Below, piece by piece: positions 39,171 through 52,481 of a stretch of DNA of 64,000 nucleotides. Below the pieces are notes generated by a model, which was not told the DNA's origin, made no database searches, and saw only the letters and a list, made by a program, of their open reading frames with translations. The DNA is from Camelus ferus (lineage: Eukaryota): contig NC_045697.1 in the NCBI RefSeq assembly GCF_009834535.1, positions 98,954,001 through 99,018,000 on the forward strand. The letters run 5' to 3'. Both the position numbers and the translations under genes were made by a program. Each line of letters opens with the position of its first letter. The stretch's first letter is position 1.

Positions 39171-39788
39171 AATTTTACACATCCCACTGTTTTTTAAATA
39201 GCCCAAATAGAGCAGAGTTTTAGCCATTCCGAGTCTGCTGCGTAACCCATGAAACCTCACCACATCTGCTAGGAATAGATGGATAAACCCAGGACCATAA
39301 AGACACCAGATGTAGCTGTCCTTGGGAGCTCTTTGGCCCAGAGACTCCTCCCACACTACACATCACCTAGACCTGTCCGCCCCTTTCTGATCCCTCTCTT
39401 TCCCACAAGTTCCCTTGCCCTTCACTCCTCTGGACGGTGATAAGCCTCTGAACGGTCTCATGCTGGGAGGATGTCCCCTCTCATTGCAACCTGTCCAGTC
39501 ACCACCCAGCATCTACAAAGCTGGCTGTGCGTGGTCGCCTCTTGTGGTCTTTTCTCAGATCAGCCCCCCAATCCCTTGAACCCCTACAGTGAGAAAGATG
39601 AGGCAAAAGAAACATGAAAGTAAGAACATCAAATGGAACCAGAAACGGAAGGAAGGCAAAGCTGCATTTCAGGAAATTTCTACACCTTTGTTGCAGGTGG
39701 GCAGTCAATGTGACCAGCAGACAGTCACGGACAACCAGGGCCCTTTCTCATCCACAACAGGACTCACCATCTGCAGTGCAAGCAACAG

Positions 39789-39971
39789 GCTTCCCTTCCC
39801 CAACCACTCCCGACCAACATGCCCCAGGATCTGTGGATGACAGCCTTTTGCTTCCCTTCCCCAACCACTCCCGACCAACATGCCCCAGGATCTGTGGATG
39901 ACAGCCTTTTGCTTCCCTTCCCCAACCACTCCCGACCAACATGTCCCAGGATCTGTGGATGACAGCCTTTT
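39789..39971. repeat. Minisatellite, 3 x 61 bp
   Basis: Unit GCTTCCCTTCCCCAACCACTCCCGACCAACATGCCCCAGGATCTGTGGATGACAGCCTTTT starts at 39789, 39850 and 39911. One C>T change in copy 3. Confidence 0.97.
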
Positions 39972-40859
39972 GGAATAAATAGGATTGCACTTCCATTCAA
40001 AGCTGTTGACTCTCAGAGGTATAGCCTCTCTCCCGGCTCTAAACTACCATTACTTTTATTTGTATCTGATATTCAATCAACAGATATTGACAGAACGCCT
40101 ACCATAGGCCAGGCACTGTTCCAGGTTCAGGAGACACAGCAGTGATGAAAGTGAAAAAAATTGTCATGGCTCTTGATATTTCAGAACTGTCATGAGATAC
40201 GATATGTGGCACTTGGTACCATTTACCTTAGGTTGTCACTAGTTGTGTTATTTTTCTCATCTCCCCAGCAGAATCTAAATTTTGTGAGGGCAGGGAGGGC
40301 ACCTCATTGATTTACATAGTGAGTTTCAGCACAGAGCCAGGGTCTGCTATTTGAAACCCTGCCTGAACTCTGCTGGTAACCTTGGGCAAATTGCTTAACC
40401 TCTGTGGGCTGCAGTTTCCTTAGCTGTGGAATCTTTGAATACATAAATTACATATCAGTATCCTGAGCCACCTTCCATAGGCTGAATGTCTTGGACTCTC
40501 GGGACTGACTGTCACAGGGGACACTGTGTGGCTGACCACAGCTTGGTTTGAGTGCACTGACAGCCTGTGCGACTGCTTTGAATGTACAGGGACTTGATCA
40601 TTTCACAGCATTTTGCCCTTTATCATTCCACAGGAAGACATTTTGTTGTGTATAAGCTACTGACTCTGTGGTGTTTTTGCTACAGCAGTCTGAGGCCCTG
40701 CTATAACACAATATCCAAGCATTTACAAAAGAGCCTAGCTTTTTGTCCCTCCATATTTCTAGTGAATATTAAAATAAAGGAAATAATGAGAAAATTAAGG
40801 GTGTTTGAAACAAAGCCCTTTAACCAATCAAGCCAATTTTCCACTTCTACCCCACTCAC

Positions 40860-40977
40860 CTCTTGGTGTGTAATTCGGACTCCATTATAAAAAGACATAA
40901 CAGTATTAGGTCCCATGGCTACCTTTGAAAACAGTCCTTCTCCAGCACTAGAAATGAGAGAGTCAGCAACATAAACC
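40860..40977 (-). CDS. SETD7: SETD7 exon 6 (118 bp): (R)VYVADSLISSAGEGLFSKVAMGPNTVMSFYNGVRITHQE
   Basis: SET N-terminal motif AGEGLF and Y245. Acceptor tttag|G, donor GAG|gtgagt. Confidence 0.98.
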
Positions 40978-41463
40978 CTAAATAGAAAAAAAGGGCAAAT
41001 AATGACTCTTTTTTTTTTTTTTTGGTTTGATATGTCATTCCTTACATTAACCACAAAAATGCCATTATGGCTATGGAATCCAACATGTCAGTTCATAATA
41101 ATTCCACGAGGAAGTAAGGAAAAATTAAGCCACAGATTTTGGCATTGGAAATTGGAGAACCGATACTTATGTCTCTTACTGCTCCCTAATACAGGGGTTA
41201 TTAGTGTATATTCACAAAGTCACCCATTGCTTGATGGAAGGCTTTTAAAAATTTTTATGTTTTTAGTTAATGACAATTTCCACCATCTTCCAGGACAAGG
41301 CAAACATTTCCCCAAACTAATTAAAGCTATACCCAAGTTTCTCTATGCCATGTAGCAGGGAAAGGCTGTTGTAATGAAGCCTCAAGATGGACCCTTTACA
41401 TGACAGAGTGACAAACAGTTAATAAAATATATCCAATGAGCATTTCCCAGCAAAGGAATTTAT

Positions 41464-41547
41464 TTATTTAAACATTTTTTAAATTGGGTTATAGTCATTT
41501 TACAGTGTTGTGTCAAATTCCAGCATAGAGCACAATCTATCAGTTAT
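41464..41547 (-). mobile_element. 84-bp LINE-1 3' tip
   Basis: Perfect 16-bp TSD CAGCAAAGGAATTTAT at 41448-41463 and 41548-41563. The insert matches the end of the 15278 L1. Confidence 0.9.
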
Positions 41548-41569
41548 CAGCAAAGGAATTTATAACAGA

Positions 41570-41760
41570 ACAGCCAGCTACGGCCCAAGGACCAAATCTG
41601 GCTGTTGTCCATTTTTGTGAAGTTTTTTTGGAGACACAGCCGCACCCACTTGCTCAGTGTTATCTATGACTGCTTTAGCATTACAAAGGCAGACTTGAGT
41701 AGTTGCAAAAGCCTAAAATACTAAGCAGCCCTTTACAGAACAAGTTTGCCAACCACTGGT
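41570..41760. mobile_element. MER58-like DNA transposon remnant
   Basis: CTACGGCCC..CCAAATCTGG..TTTTTGT..ACACAGCC..CCCTTTACAGAA.AAGTTTGCCAACC. Confidence 0.65.
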
Positions 41761-43301
41761 TAATAAGAAAACAGCTCTCACAACTCCGGAGCTGGATTTA
41801 GTGAGCCAGGACATGCCCCATCCACAGTTTCAGTTCTTCGAGCCCTGGGGATGCAGTGACTGGTGGAGCGGGTCATCTTCATTCAGACTAGAAGGCTGAA
41901 TTAGTGCCTCCACCTCCTGACACCCTCCCTGGGACAGAATTCTACACCCTGCCACTTGGCTGTGTGACCTCCCTCGCTTCCTTCAGCTCAGGCAGAGAAC
42001 ACCTCCCTGCCTGATGGGCTCCGGGCTTGGTGTGATCTGCTTTGCTACTAGAAGGTGGGCAGAAGTGACTGCCAGGCTGGGTCTTGGGGGTTAAGAAGCA
42101 CGGCAAGTTTCTACCAGCCTCCTTGGCTTCCATTCATCTCCACAAGAAGAAGATGCCCCAGGGGGCTGTTGTTCCTTTAGCCTGAGTCTTCGAAGGAAGG
42201 CATGTGAGACAGACCGGAGCCCAACGTGAAACCTGGACGGCAGCCTAGTCCGGCTGAGCCAAGAGGATCGCCGTCCAAAGCGGCTGAGCCTCTGCCCATC
42301 TACAGAATCACGAGCCTAAAATAAAATGTCTGCTTTCTTAAATCACTGATAGTTTAAAGGTGTTGTTATGGGGCATCACCACAATGACAGTAACAAAAAA
42401 AGACTGGGTTACGGTGCTGTTGTGTTTGGGTGGCTAACAAGAGACCAGACTCTTCCCTTTGTCAACGGGCCAGAGCCTCGTGGCAAGAAAGAGGCCATTC
42501 ATTCACTGTGACATTGTGGTGTCAGCCCTGTCAAACCAGGGAAGAGGCCTTTTCTCAGACAGATGGAACAGAAATGGAACGGAGGTCGTGCTTACAGAGC
42601 AAGGCAACGAGAAAGCCAACTGCAGGTGGCGCTCTTACCCACAAACAGGCCAGTGGCTGGGGAGTAAGAATTCCAGGCAGGGGACCAGAGAAAGCCACAT
42701 AAGGAGTCAAGAGTGGAGTTTAGATAAGTTATGAAATGGAACAGGGCTTGACCCTCTGGGAGGGAACTCATAAAATAAGAAACTTGTCATTTACAAGCTG
42801 GCATGTTCTTTATGCTTCTTATATTTTCTTTATTTCATGCCTGTCTTCCCTTTGTGACCGAAGAAATTATCTTGTGTTCCAGACCCCATCGGCTGGGCGA
42901 GGTAGAAAAGGAGGCATCCGGTCTCTGCCTCGGCTAGAGCTATGCAGAGCGTGAAATGCTCCCTAGGGGCAAGCAGGGGCTGAGACACAAATTGTGGCAC
43001 TAGAGCCCCAAGAAAGGGGACACTTGGGCAGGGCACAACTGGCTGCCTGGCCCAACCGCTCTCTCTTCGCAGAAGTTTCATTCTGGGACTGACACATGTT
43101 CTGTGCTTGATGGGTGGAGAAACTCTCTTACAGGGACAGATTCTGTATGAGAATAAAAGAACTCTTCCCCAGAATATCTGAGTATGTTTTTCTGCTCAGG
43201 AACTCGGCCTGAGCAGAGCCACAGAGGAGCATTAATTCCTACCACAGGGGTAATTTAATCTCACAGAAACAGTGCCATCAAAACCACAAGGAAAAAATTA
43301 C

Positions 43302-43383
43302 CTCTCTGCTTCATACGGATCTGGAAGAAGAGCATTGGCAGAAATGCAAGATGAAGTTGACTTATCAAAATGGTACACCGAAC
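43302..43383 (-). CDS. SETD7: SETD7 exon 5 (82 bp): (S)SVYHFDKSTSSCISANALLPDPYEAE(R)
   Basis: Translated by hand. Acceptor ttccag|GT, donor AG|gtaatt. Phases fit exons 4 and 6. Confidence 0.97.
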
Positions 43384-45851
43384 CTGGAAAGCAAACAAAA
43401 AGCTCAGCCCAGGCCCAGAGTCAGGGAAGGACATTTAAAACATTTCTCTCCATTCAAGGGACCAGAAAGAGGTAAATAATGAAAGATGTTATTCAAGTTA
43501 CACCAACTAGAATGAAATTCTTCGATATAAATGGATAGTATTTAGATTTGCTCTAGAGTTTTATTTTCAGGTCATAATGAAGAGCCATTAGAAGTATCTC
43601 TTAAAATCCTATTTTTGCTTTTGCATTTTCTTTATTCAAATAGTTTAAGAGCTGCTTGTGTCATTAATATTTTTTAATCAAGAAAATGCTCTGTCACGAA
43701 AATTTGAGATCTCTCTGGCAGATCAGACTGGGTAATAATTTTAAATTTTTCCTGTGGTCTTCTTCATCCTAGACACAGTCTGTAGAATCCAACCACCCAC
43801 CCTTGGCAATTGTCTCCTTCACTAAAAATAAACAGTCAGCCTCACCAGAATTAAGGAGAACAGACTGCTTTTGATAAAGCATTAACAAAGTCATCTTATT
43901 TCTATTAAAGTGGTTCAAAAGCCAATTAGTGATTTATTCCAGAAACGAAGGCAGACAACCGTCCTAGAATTAACATCAGTCCTCTGCAAAGAATTAGCTG
44001 CAGAGAATGCTCCCAGAGTACAGGAAAGACATCCGGTGTTCCAAAGGCTAATAAGTAAAGAAACAAGTTTTGGAACTGGAGGGCTCAATCCTGCAAAGTC
44101 AATTATTTTAGGCACTAAGGCATCATAAATTATTCCATTAAACAATTCCTTAGTGGTTACCAATGGTTACCAGGTCTTGGTTCTGTTTTTTTAATACAAT
44201 CAAAACCCAAATTAATGTCTCAAACTAAAAGTCAGAACAATCCAGATCTGTCAGTGTCTAACCAGGAAACAGACCATTTGAGCATCTCAAAGAGAGAGAA
44301 CTTAATTCTGAGAATTGGTTATACAGAGCACAGAAATGCTGAGAAGCCGAACAGGGCAACGAGGAGCCTGCAGACTGGCAAGAGCAGGACTGAAAGTCTG
44401 AACCACAGGGACAAAGGCAGAGGTGTTCCCAGAGCTCTAGAGCCCCGGGGAGCCCAGGGAAGCTGGCCCCATGGGGATCGGTCCTGGTGGGAGATGGAAT
44501 CAGGGGGACTTGGCTGGACACAGAGAGCTTCTCCCTGCTCCCTTCCCTCTCTGTGTCCCCGGCCAGCGCCTCCCTGTGGCCAAACCCAGACAGAAGGCAG
44601 ATGCACAAGAGGCTGGGAAATGCAGCCCGCAAAGGGCAGAAGGCCCTGCAGTAACCGCTGGGCAGGGAAAGGTTGAGGCACGCATCTGGACTAGCCCGCA
44701 ACCCAGGAAAGGAAGTTAGTTCAAAAGAGGAACAAAAAACTACACTTTAAAGCCAAATATTTCTGTGGAATACATGTTCTAGTATGCAGAATTTCTCCTA
44801 TGAACTCCCATCTCCTTTCCTGAGGCTAAAACTTTCTTCACAAATGTACTAAGTGCCAGCTACTGGGAAAGCACCGTGTTTGGGGCTGTGCAGACACAGA
44901 CGAGAGCACGTCTCTTCCTGCCCTCAAGGAGTTGGTGCATCTCCTCCAGCGCACACTGTCCCTCCCTCTGCTCCCTTAGACAGCCAGGCCTGTGCTCCGG
45001 ACAGACAGACGGCATCCTTGACTTCTCCTCCTTTGGCCTATCGTTTATACTATGACCTTTAGACTAGAATTCATCCATTCACTTGACAAACATTAATTCT
45101 AAGAGGTTAGCCAAGCCATAAAGATGGAATAGGAATTAGCCAGGGAATGGGATTCCTGTGCGGAGAGAAGAAATTCCGGCCAGAGGCACAAGGAGAAAAT
45201 CAGCACAGAGAAAGTAGAGAGGCCGAAGCAGTTTGTGGTTCCGGAAGCATGAAGAGGAAGGGTGTGGAGGGGGAAGTCCGCGAGGAGGACTTCAGATATT
45301 TGTAATCTATTTTCCTCCTCCTCCCCCAGCCACTGGACCCGAGGCCACAGGACCCCGAAAGCCCTCATCTGTCAGCTGGTCAGTGGTTCTATCATTGTAA
45401 CTGGTTAGAGGAGGGGGAGACACAGAGGGGACAGAACACAGAGTAAGGATCTGGTTCTTCCGAGTCCCCAAAGCGGCTATGGTTCCTGACTCTTTTGAGA
45501 CCCACATTGTTCACATATCCTTAAAATAACTGAGGCCTGCTAGAGTCTTGCCAATAAATGCAACCCCTCTTTTTTTTTTGGCCTTAAGTTAGTTTGAAGA
45601 GGGTGTTTGTTATTTGCAACCAGGAGTCCTAAGAAAAATATTTCCCCTGAGAATGATCACCCGCATTTCCCAAAATGTATTCTGTACTTATACCAAGGAG
45701 AAGGTAATAACCATAACAACTTTCCTGATGGGGTTTTATGGGAAGTGCCAATATCTTGTCTATTTTTTTTTTAATGAATTCTGACAACCTAAAGCAATGA
45801 TCTTCAAACTCAGAACTGTCTACCTGGGTATTTACTAAATTGTAGATTCTT

Positions 45852-46398
45852 TTTTACTGTATATATATAAAATTGAAGTATAGCCAGTTACAATGTATCA
45901 ATTTCTAGTGTACAGCACAATGTCCTAGTTATGCATATATGTACATATATTCGTCTTCATATTCTTTTTCATTATAGGTTACTACAAGATATTGAATATA
46001 GTTCCCTGTGCTATATAGAAGAAACTTGTTATTCTTTAAATCTACTTTTATATATAGTGGTTATCATTTGCAAATCTCGAACTCCCAAATTTATCCCTTC
46101 CCACCCACTTCCCCCAGTAACCATAAGACTGTTTACTATTTCTGTGAGTCTGTTTCTGTTTTATAGATGAGTTCCTAGTGTCTTTTTTCTTTTCTTCTTT
46201 TTTTATGGTATATCATATGGTATTTTTCTTTCTCTTTCTGGCTTACTTCACTTAGAATGACAATCTCTGGGTCCATCCACGTTGCTGCAAATGGCATGAT
46301 TTCCTTCTTTTTTATGATTGAGTAGTATTCCATTGTATAAATATACCACAACTTTTTTACCCAGTCATCTGTTGGTGGACATTTAGGTTGCTTCCACA
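45852..46398 (-). mobile_element. LINE-1 3' end fragment
   Basis: ORF 46175..46399 (WKQPKCPPTDDWVKKLWYIYTMEYYS). Imperfect TSD CTAA(A/G)TTG(T/C)AGATTCT at ~45835 and 46399. Confidence 0.9.
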
Positions 46399-48508
46399 CT
46401 AAGTTGCAGATTCTTAGGCACCCAGCCCACCCCCTGAGATTCAGAGTCGTGGCTTTTTGGTTTGTTTTTTCTTTTTAACAACTGTCCTAGGGGATTTTGA
46501 TAAAGTGGTATGAACTTTTAAAAGACATATAATTCAGTAAAATTCAACCCTTATGTATTAGATCTGGCTCAATTCTTTTTATGAATCAAGTTGGGGGTAT
46601 GTAATTATTAATCATATCTTCTTAATTGACGAGGAAGTGGGCACCTCCCATGAATCCCCATCATGAAAGTTACTGTGGTTATTACATTCTCCTTGGTATA
46701 AGTATGAAACACATTTTGGGACAGGGAAGTGACTTATTAAGTATTTTATGATAAAGAAATAGGTTCTGGAAGGATAAATAACCTGCCTAAGACCATAATA
46801 CAGTAAATATTGGGGCTGAGACTCAAAGGAGGGGACTCTTAAGTTCAAGACTCTTGCCACTAAAAATAATGCCACTTCTGAGGTTTTAAAATCTGTATCA
46901 CCAACTGGGATCTTGCCCTGATTGGAGTCTCCTCATTTCTAAACATTGTAACACTGTCTCCTTTGAGAACATATGGGAAGAGCACAGATATTAGAGTTTG
47001 AAGTTCAAAGATTACTGTTTCCCTTAAGTAAAACCAATTTTTCATTCTGGAATGATTTTATATTTACAGAAAAGCTGCAGAGATAGTACAGAGAGTCCCC
47101 AGTAGCCCTCACTGCTCCTCCTAATGTTAATTTCTTAAGTTACATGGTACGTTTGTCCAAATTAAGAAACCAACATAGCTGCACTACTATTGACTGAACT
47201 CTAGACTTTATTCAGATTTCACCAGTTTTCCCACAAATATCCTTTTTTTCTGTTCCAGGATCCAATCCAGAATCCCACATTGCATTTAAAATGCCTCAGT
47301 TTTTAACTTAAAAAAACAAAAACTGAGACATTTATAACAACCCAAGTTGGACCTAAATGTAAAGTACTAGATTTCTTATTTTTGGACAACCGCTATTTGG
47401 AGAGTCTCCTTCCGAACCAAATAGCTAAATATTATTTCGGCCTATCAATGCCTAGATGTATTACTTTTTCTACTTCTCCTTATGCCTCAACTTGGATTGG
47501 AAACACAGACATGCATACATTGTTTTCAAGGAATCAGAACGATTCAATTGGCTTTCTTATGTTGTGTCACCCAAAAATACAAAATCTCGATTATTTTATG
47601 TGTATATTTTCCAGATTTTCTACAATAAATTATTTTATATATTTATATTTTTTTGGTGCCAAAACCTACAATAAATAATTTTATAATCAGAAAAAAAGTT
47701 TAGTGTGCCGTACTGTGCTTCTAAAAGGAAATAGGATTTTTTTCTAAGATAGATTCCAACAGACTCACTCATGTGTCAGTTAGGTCCTCCAAGAAGATGC
47801 TAGGCTCTGAATGTGCATTTATCTTTTCCAATCAGAGCTCAAGCTGGATCAGCTTTACAATCTGTACCCACCTGGAGATCTACCTAACTTGATTCTTTAT
47901 TAATTAAATCATTAAACTGTAGTTTTTTTTCCCCCCTGAGATACACTATTCACAATTGGTTAAATTTACTGGCGTCATTTTTTCATTCCTTCTCTGTATT
48001 GGAATTACATAGCTGTGCCCTGACAAGTGACTTTTCAGCATCTGACACTAAAGTGCATGGTGTATATTTCCCTGTCTCACTGATGTTTGGTTTGGCCATG
48101 TGACTTGCTCTGACCAATGAAAGTGGGTGAAAGGGACATCGTATCAGCTCCAAGCTGAGGCTTTAAGAGGCGTCATAGGTGTCTGCTCATGGTCTGGCTT
48201 CCTGTGACCACCTGAGAAAATGTGGACCCAGGTCACCACTGTCCCTTCAGACTGGGCCCCAGAATGAAGACATAGAGCAGACTCAAACCTGACTAGAAGC
48301 CTGAAGTCCAGCCTGGCCCGAGTGCTGCCGGTCAGCAGATCTGCGTTTGCTGTTGTAAACCGCTGAGGTGTGAGGTGCCTGTGAAGCAGCACAGTTGACT
48401 AGTACACCATTAAAGTGGCCTAGGCAAAGACAGTCACTTCTCTCAGATAAGCCCTAACAACTGGCTTTAGGGAATGAGAGCAACCCTTCGGGGGCAGATT
48501 GAACTTAC

Positions 48509-48698
48509 TTCCAGGCATCAGTTCAAAGTGAGGTCTTCCTTCTTCAGTGGACGTGAGAGTAGCCAGTTTCCCTTCTATCATCTCTCCGTCAATGAATTTT
48601 CCATACAGGGCAGTCCTCTCATCGGGGTACACATAGGCGATCTTCTCTCCCGTCATCTCCCCATCTTCATTTACTTCTCCTACAAGGCTGCCTCCATC
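48509..48698 (-). CDS. SETD7: SETD7 exon 4 (190 bp): [63 protein letters not shown](S)
   Basis: Lies within ORF 48420..48716. Acceptor catcag|GAT, donor A|gtaagt. Confidence 0.98.
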
Positions 48699-51600
48699 CT
48701 GATGGGAGAAACCCAAAATCAGAAAATATTATATATAGTATTTATCTGTATGACACGAGTTCAAGAAATTTCTCTCGTGCACCCCCACGGTTAATACGGA
48801 TCATAATAGTTTAAGAACTTGGAGCTTTGCACATGAGTGTGAAAAGCACGGTGCGTATCTCCCCTCCCCATCCCGTCCCCTCTAAGTTATATGCACAGGG
48901 GGCGTGTAAGCCTGATTGAGAGTCAGAGATGGGGTTATACTTTATAATCCCGGACAAGTTGCTGATACTCTATCTTGGTTTGCTATCTAAGGAAAAAATG
49001 TTGTATCTGTAGCATTAGTTACAACCATTTAAAGGAAACATAACTAAGTGATCACTTTGGGCCAAGATCAAATGAGACAGGAGTCTGTAGCAAGACAGGC
49101 TGGCTTGCCATTCCTATGATCCTATGTTGAATTCTGGATTTCTGGTCTATTAAGAACATCTTTAGTCTAAAGGTACTTAAGAATCAATTCAGTGTACATG
49201 AGGAAAGAGAGCTGTCTGCACTTTCTAAGAGATGATCAAACGGACTTCTGCACACGGCCTTTCTGAGTCTCCTATACCGTCATTTTTTGGAGGGAGTCAG
49301 AAGGAAAAGTGAGGAAAGATCAGCTCAGTTCTACTCCCTCCCCATCACTTCTTTCTTCCCACTCTTCTTGATTACTGCTCCCTTTTGCCTCCTTCCAGGA
49401 GAGGAGCCAGCTGTGCTTCCTGTTTAACTGTCATTCGCTTCATTCCTCAGGGTCATTAAATGCTTTAGGGCACACACTATCATAGCATAGCTTTCTGTAT
49501 CCTGGTATCAGTTTGAGGGACACAGCAGGTGATATAATTACTATTGAAATTGAATTGGAATACTAAAGATAAGCTAATAATTAACTTAAAAAAATCAAAT
49601 CTAGGGTGCAAGAGATGTTTCCTTTTTTTCCCCCATCCAGAAGGCCCTTATGGTATAACTGAAAATCTAAGACCTTTGTGGGTTTGACATAACAACAGTA
49701 ATGCAATGACATCTTCTAAAAGCGTGGTTAGGTGCCCAACTCAAAGGTTCTAATTCCCCAGCTCAAAGGTTCAAGTCAGTGATGAGGGATGCTCCTGAGT
49801 GATCCCAGATGTTGCTACTGAGAGACAGCAGGCAGAAGTCCCACCAGGTAAAGGACTTCTACAGCTCCCCATAGTCTGATTGGAGAAAAAAGGTTATAAA
49901 TTTAAAAATGAATCACAGCACTTTCATAGAAATAAAAATACTTGGAAGCACTTTTCACGGAGAGAAGTGCATTAGGGATGTATTATGCTCTTTCTCCTCC
50001 CCGTGTTAATTCTTAATAACCCAGCCTGAATGGGGATGATACTTTTTGCAAGATCTGCCTGCAGGCATTCAGTGGTGATTACTGAGCTGAAGGATGTTGG
50101 AGCATTTGTGCTTCTTACATGCCGCCGTAACTGATATAAGCCGTCAGCATTTCTATGTATTCATAACAGAATGCTGTCTTTCTAGGGTCCCACTTTTCTC
50201 CCCCCTTATGTGCTTTAAACTTCCAGTTTGGGGGGGGCAAGTGAATTTATTTGTCTAGAATAATAAAGTAGAGATTCTTCTTTTACTTCCAAAAGGAGTT
50301 ACGAGTTTTTAATTAAAAACTTTCCATCACAGTTCCAAGGTAAAATTTTGAAAGAAATAAATTGTCCTTAGAGTGGGCTTATAAATCCTTTGGGGGAAAT
50401 CATGATTTTTGCTTGCTTTTGTTCCTGCTTTAACCTCATGTCACAAACACCTCCCTGTCAGCTGCCCCTTTGTCTCCTCTGCTCAGTGGCTTCCCCTCAT
50501 GGAAGGAGAAATCATGCATTTGATTAGTAAGAGGGCAGGATCTGACTCCCGCTGATGCCCATCTCTACCAGAGGGTTAACAGGATAAAGCCTGCTGCTCC
50601 TACGTGTTCTGCACTTTTGCTCACCTGTCCTGGGGACTGGCAGTGCTCACAGGCTGTACCTGCCCCCCTCTGTTTCTGTCCTTTCCTTGGGGAAGCTGCC
50701 CCAGGCAGCCGTACTCTCCCAGGGGAACCTGCAGCTTTCTAGCTGCTCTGCGGACCACCGGTCCACCGGTTTAGTTCAGAGGGGAAAGAGTAGAAGACTG
50801 CACCACATCTCCAGTCGAAGGTGCCATAATGAAACCAACATCTCGATCCCTGACACCTGTGTCCATTAGTTGATTCCCACTCCAGAAAGCAGAGCAGAGG
50901 GGTGTGATTACCACCCCACTCCAAATGCCAACAGACTCTATATACGAACTGTTATCAACCAAGTTAATTTTTAAAGCTTATAACTCTCCAGTGCCTCTTC
51001 CTTCCTGAGGCAGAGTCTGCTCTTGATGTTTAAAAAAACAATAATCAAGGCTACATGCAGCTGCACATTTTAGGTTTCAAAATACAACTACATTGAGTGA
51101 ATCAGATCCATTCACTTTAGTGCATCTTTGATCTCCTTCCTAGACCCATCCTCGTGCAGAGATCCACCTTCCCTGACTTTAAGACTCTCCATCACAACGG
51201 CAGCTCCCCAGCCCTGGGCAGCAGGACCTTTAACCTGCCTACTCACGAAGCAACAACAGTTTCAGGCTTCCTAAACTGGTAAGTCCCTCCACCTCTTCTA
51301 CCTCTGAAACTGAAAGGACTTCTGATCTATTGCAGACCCTACCAAGAGCACGTGTAAGTTCTTTAGTAATTATTTAAAAAAATGTTTTACAGTATTTTTT
51401 CCGTACGCCTTGACTATAATTTTTTAGGAACAATAATGTGTAAGTAGATTTAGCTGGGACTACTTTTCTCATTATACTTGTAATAGATATTTTGTTTTTA
51501 ATTAAAACCCAATTTGGGTTCAGAGTAAGAAAAAAATGTAGTCTGACTTAAGCTCTGGACAAAATAAAATATTAGATAATATATTTTCTCAGGTCTATTT

Positions 51601-52279
51601 TCTGAAACATTTTCTAGAAATTCACTAATAACAGATAGGGTATTTGAAATGCAAACAAAATTGAGAGCTTTAATTCCCAACTAGGGGTTTTGCCACATCT
51701 TTTTGCTCTAGTCATCTCCAGGAAGATCATAAAGTGTTATTTAATACTCAAAGGCAAGTTAATTTTAATCACCTTAATTTAAGCAATTTAACAAGAAAGC
51801 ACCTTATAAAGTAGGAAATAAGGTTGTAAAATGAAGTAACAACAGTGTAATAAGTCCAAAAAGATGAGAAATTGCTGCATTTGTTCTTACATATGAGAAA
51901 GAATAAAATTAACTGCAACAATGAAACTTTCTGCCAGCTGTAAGGAATATTTTTAAAAAGCAATATCGTTTTTTATCTTTATCAGTGGTACTGTAAAACC
52001 AATGTGTCCCAGTTTGTTCTAATCATGACCAATCATTCCTTTCCAAAACCACTGTGAAGAGGAATTCGTAACAGATTGAAGGGCAACAATCTAAGTCCAT
52101 AGTGAAAACAGTGAGAGGACATCCCTCCTAAGCTGCTGGCTTCAGCTACAGTGACTCTCAAATTTCACAGCCTCACATTTTCTAACATAGAGAATACATT
52201 TTTCTCTTCATTGCGCAGACTCAAAGCACTGTCTGAAAACATGTTACTTTCCAGCAAAACGAACAGTCACGAGGCTTAC

Positions 52280-52481
52280 TGGGTAATATATCCAGCACAC
52301 TCCATGCCGAATGTTATCTTTATATTGCCCCTTGAAGATCAGTCTCCCATCTGTGTCGTACTCCTGGGCCGGTCCATTCAGCTCTCCATCTACATACGTG
52401 CCCTGGAGAACTCCCCCATCCTCGTAAGTGTAAACTCCTTGGCCCTGCAGGGCATCGTCCACATAATATCCCTCCAGGGTG
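52280..52481 (-). CDS. SETD7: SETD7 exon 3 (202 bp, MORN repeats): (S)TLEGYYVDDALQGQGVYTYEDGGVLQGTYVDGELNGPAQEYDTDGRLIFKGQYKDNIRHGVCWIYYP
   Basis: Lies within ORF 52244..52555. Acceptor cacag|C, donor CCA|gtaagc. Confidence 0.98.

Noticed and set aside
39789..39971. Regular direct repeats resembling a CRISPR array
   Set aside because: The units are head-to-tail with no unique spacers, there are no cas genes, and the context is a mammalian intron. This is a minisatellite.
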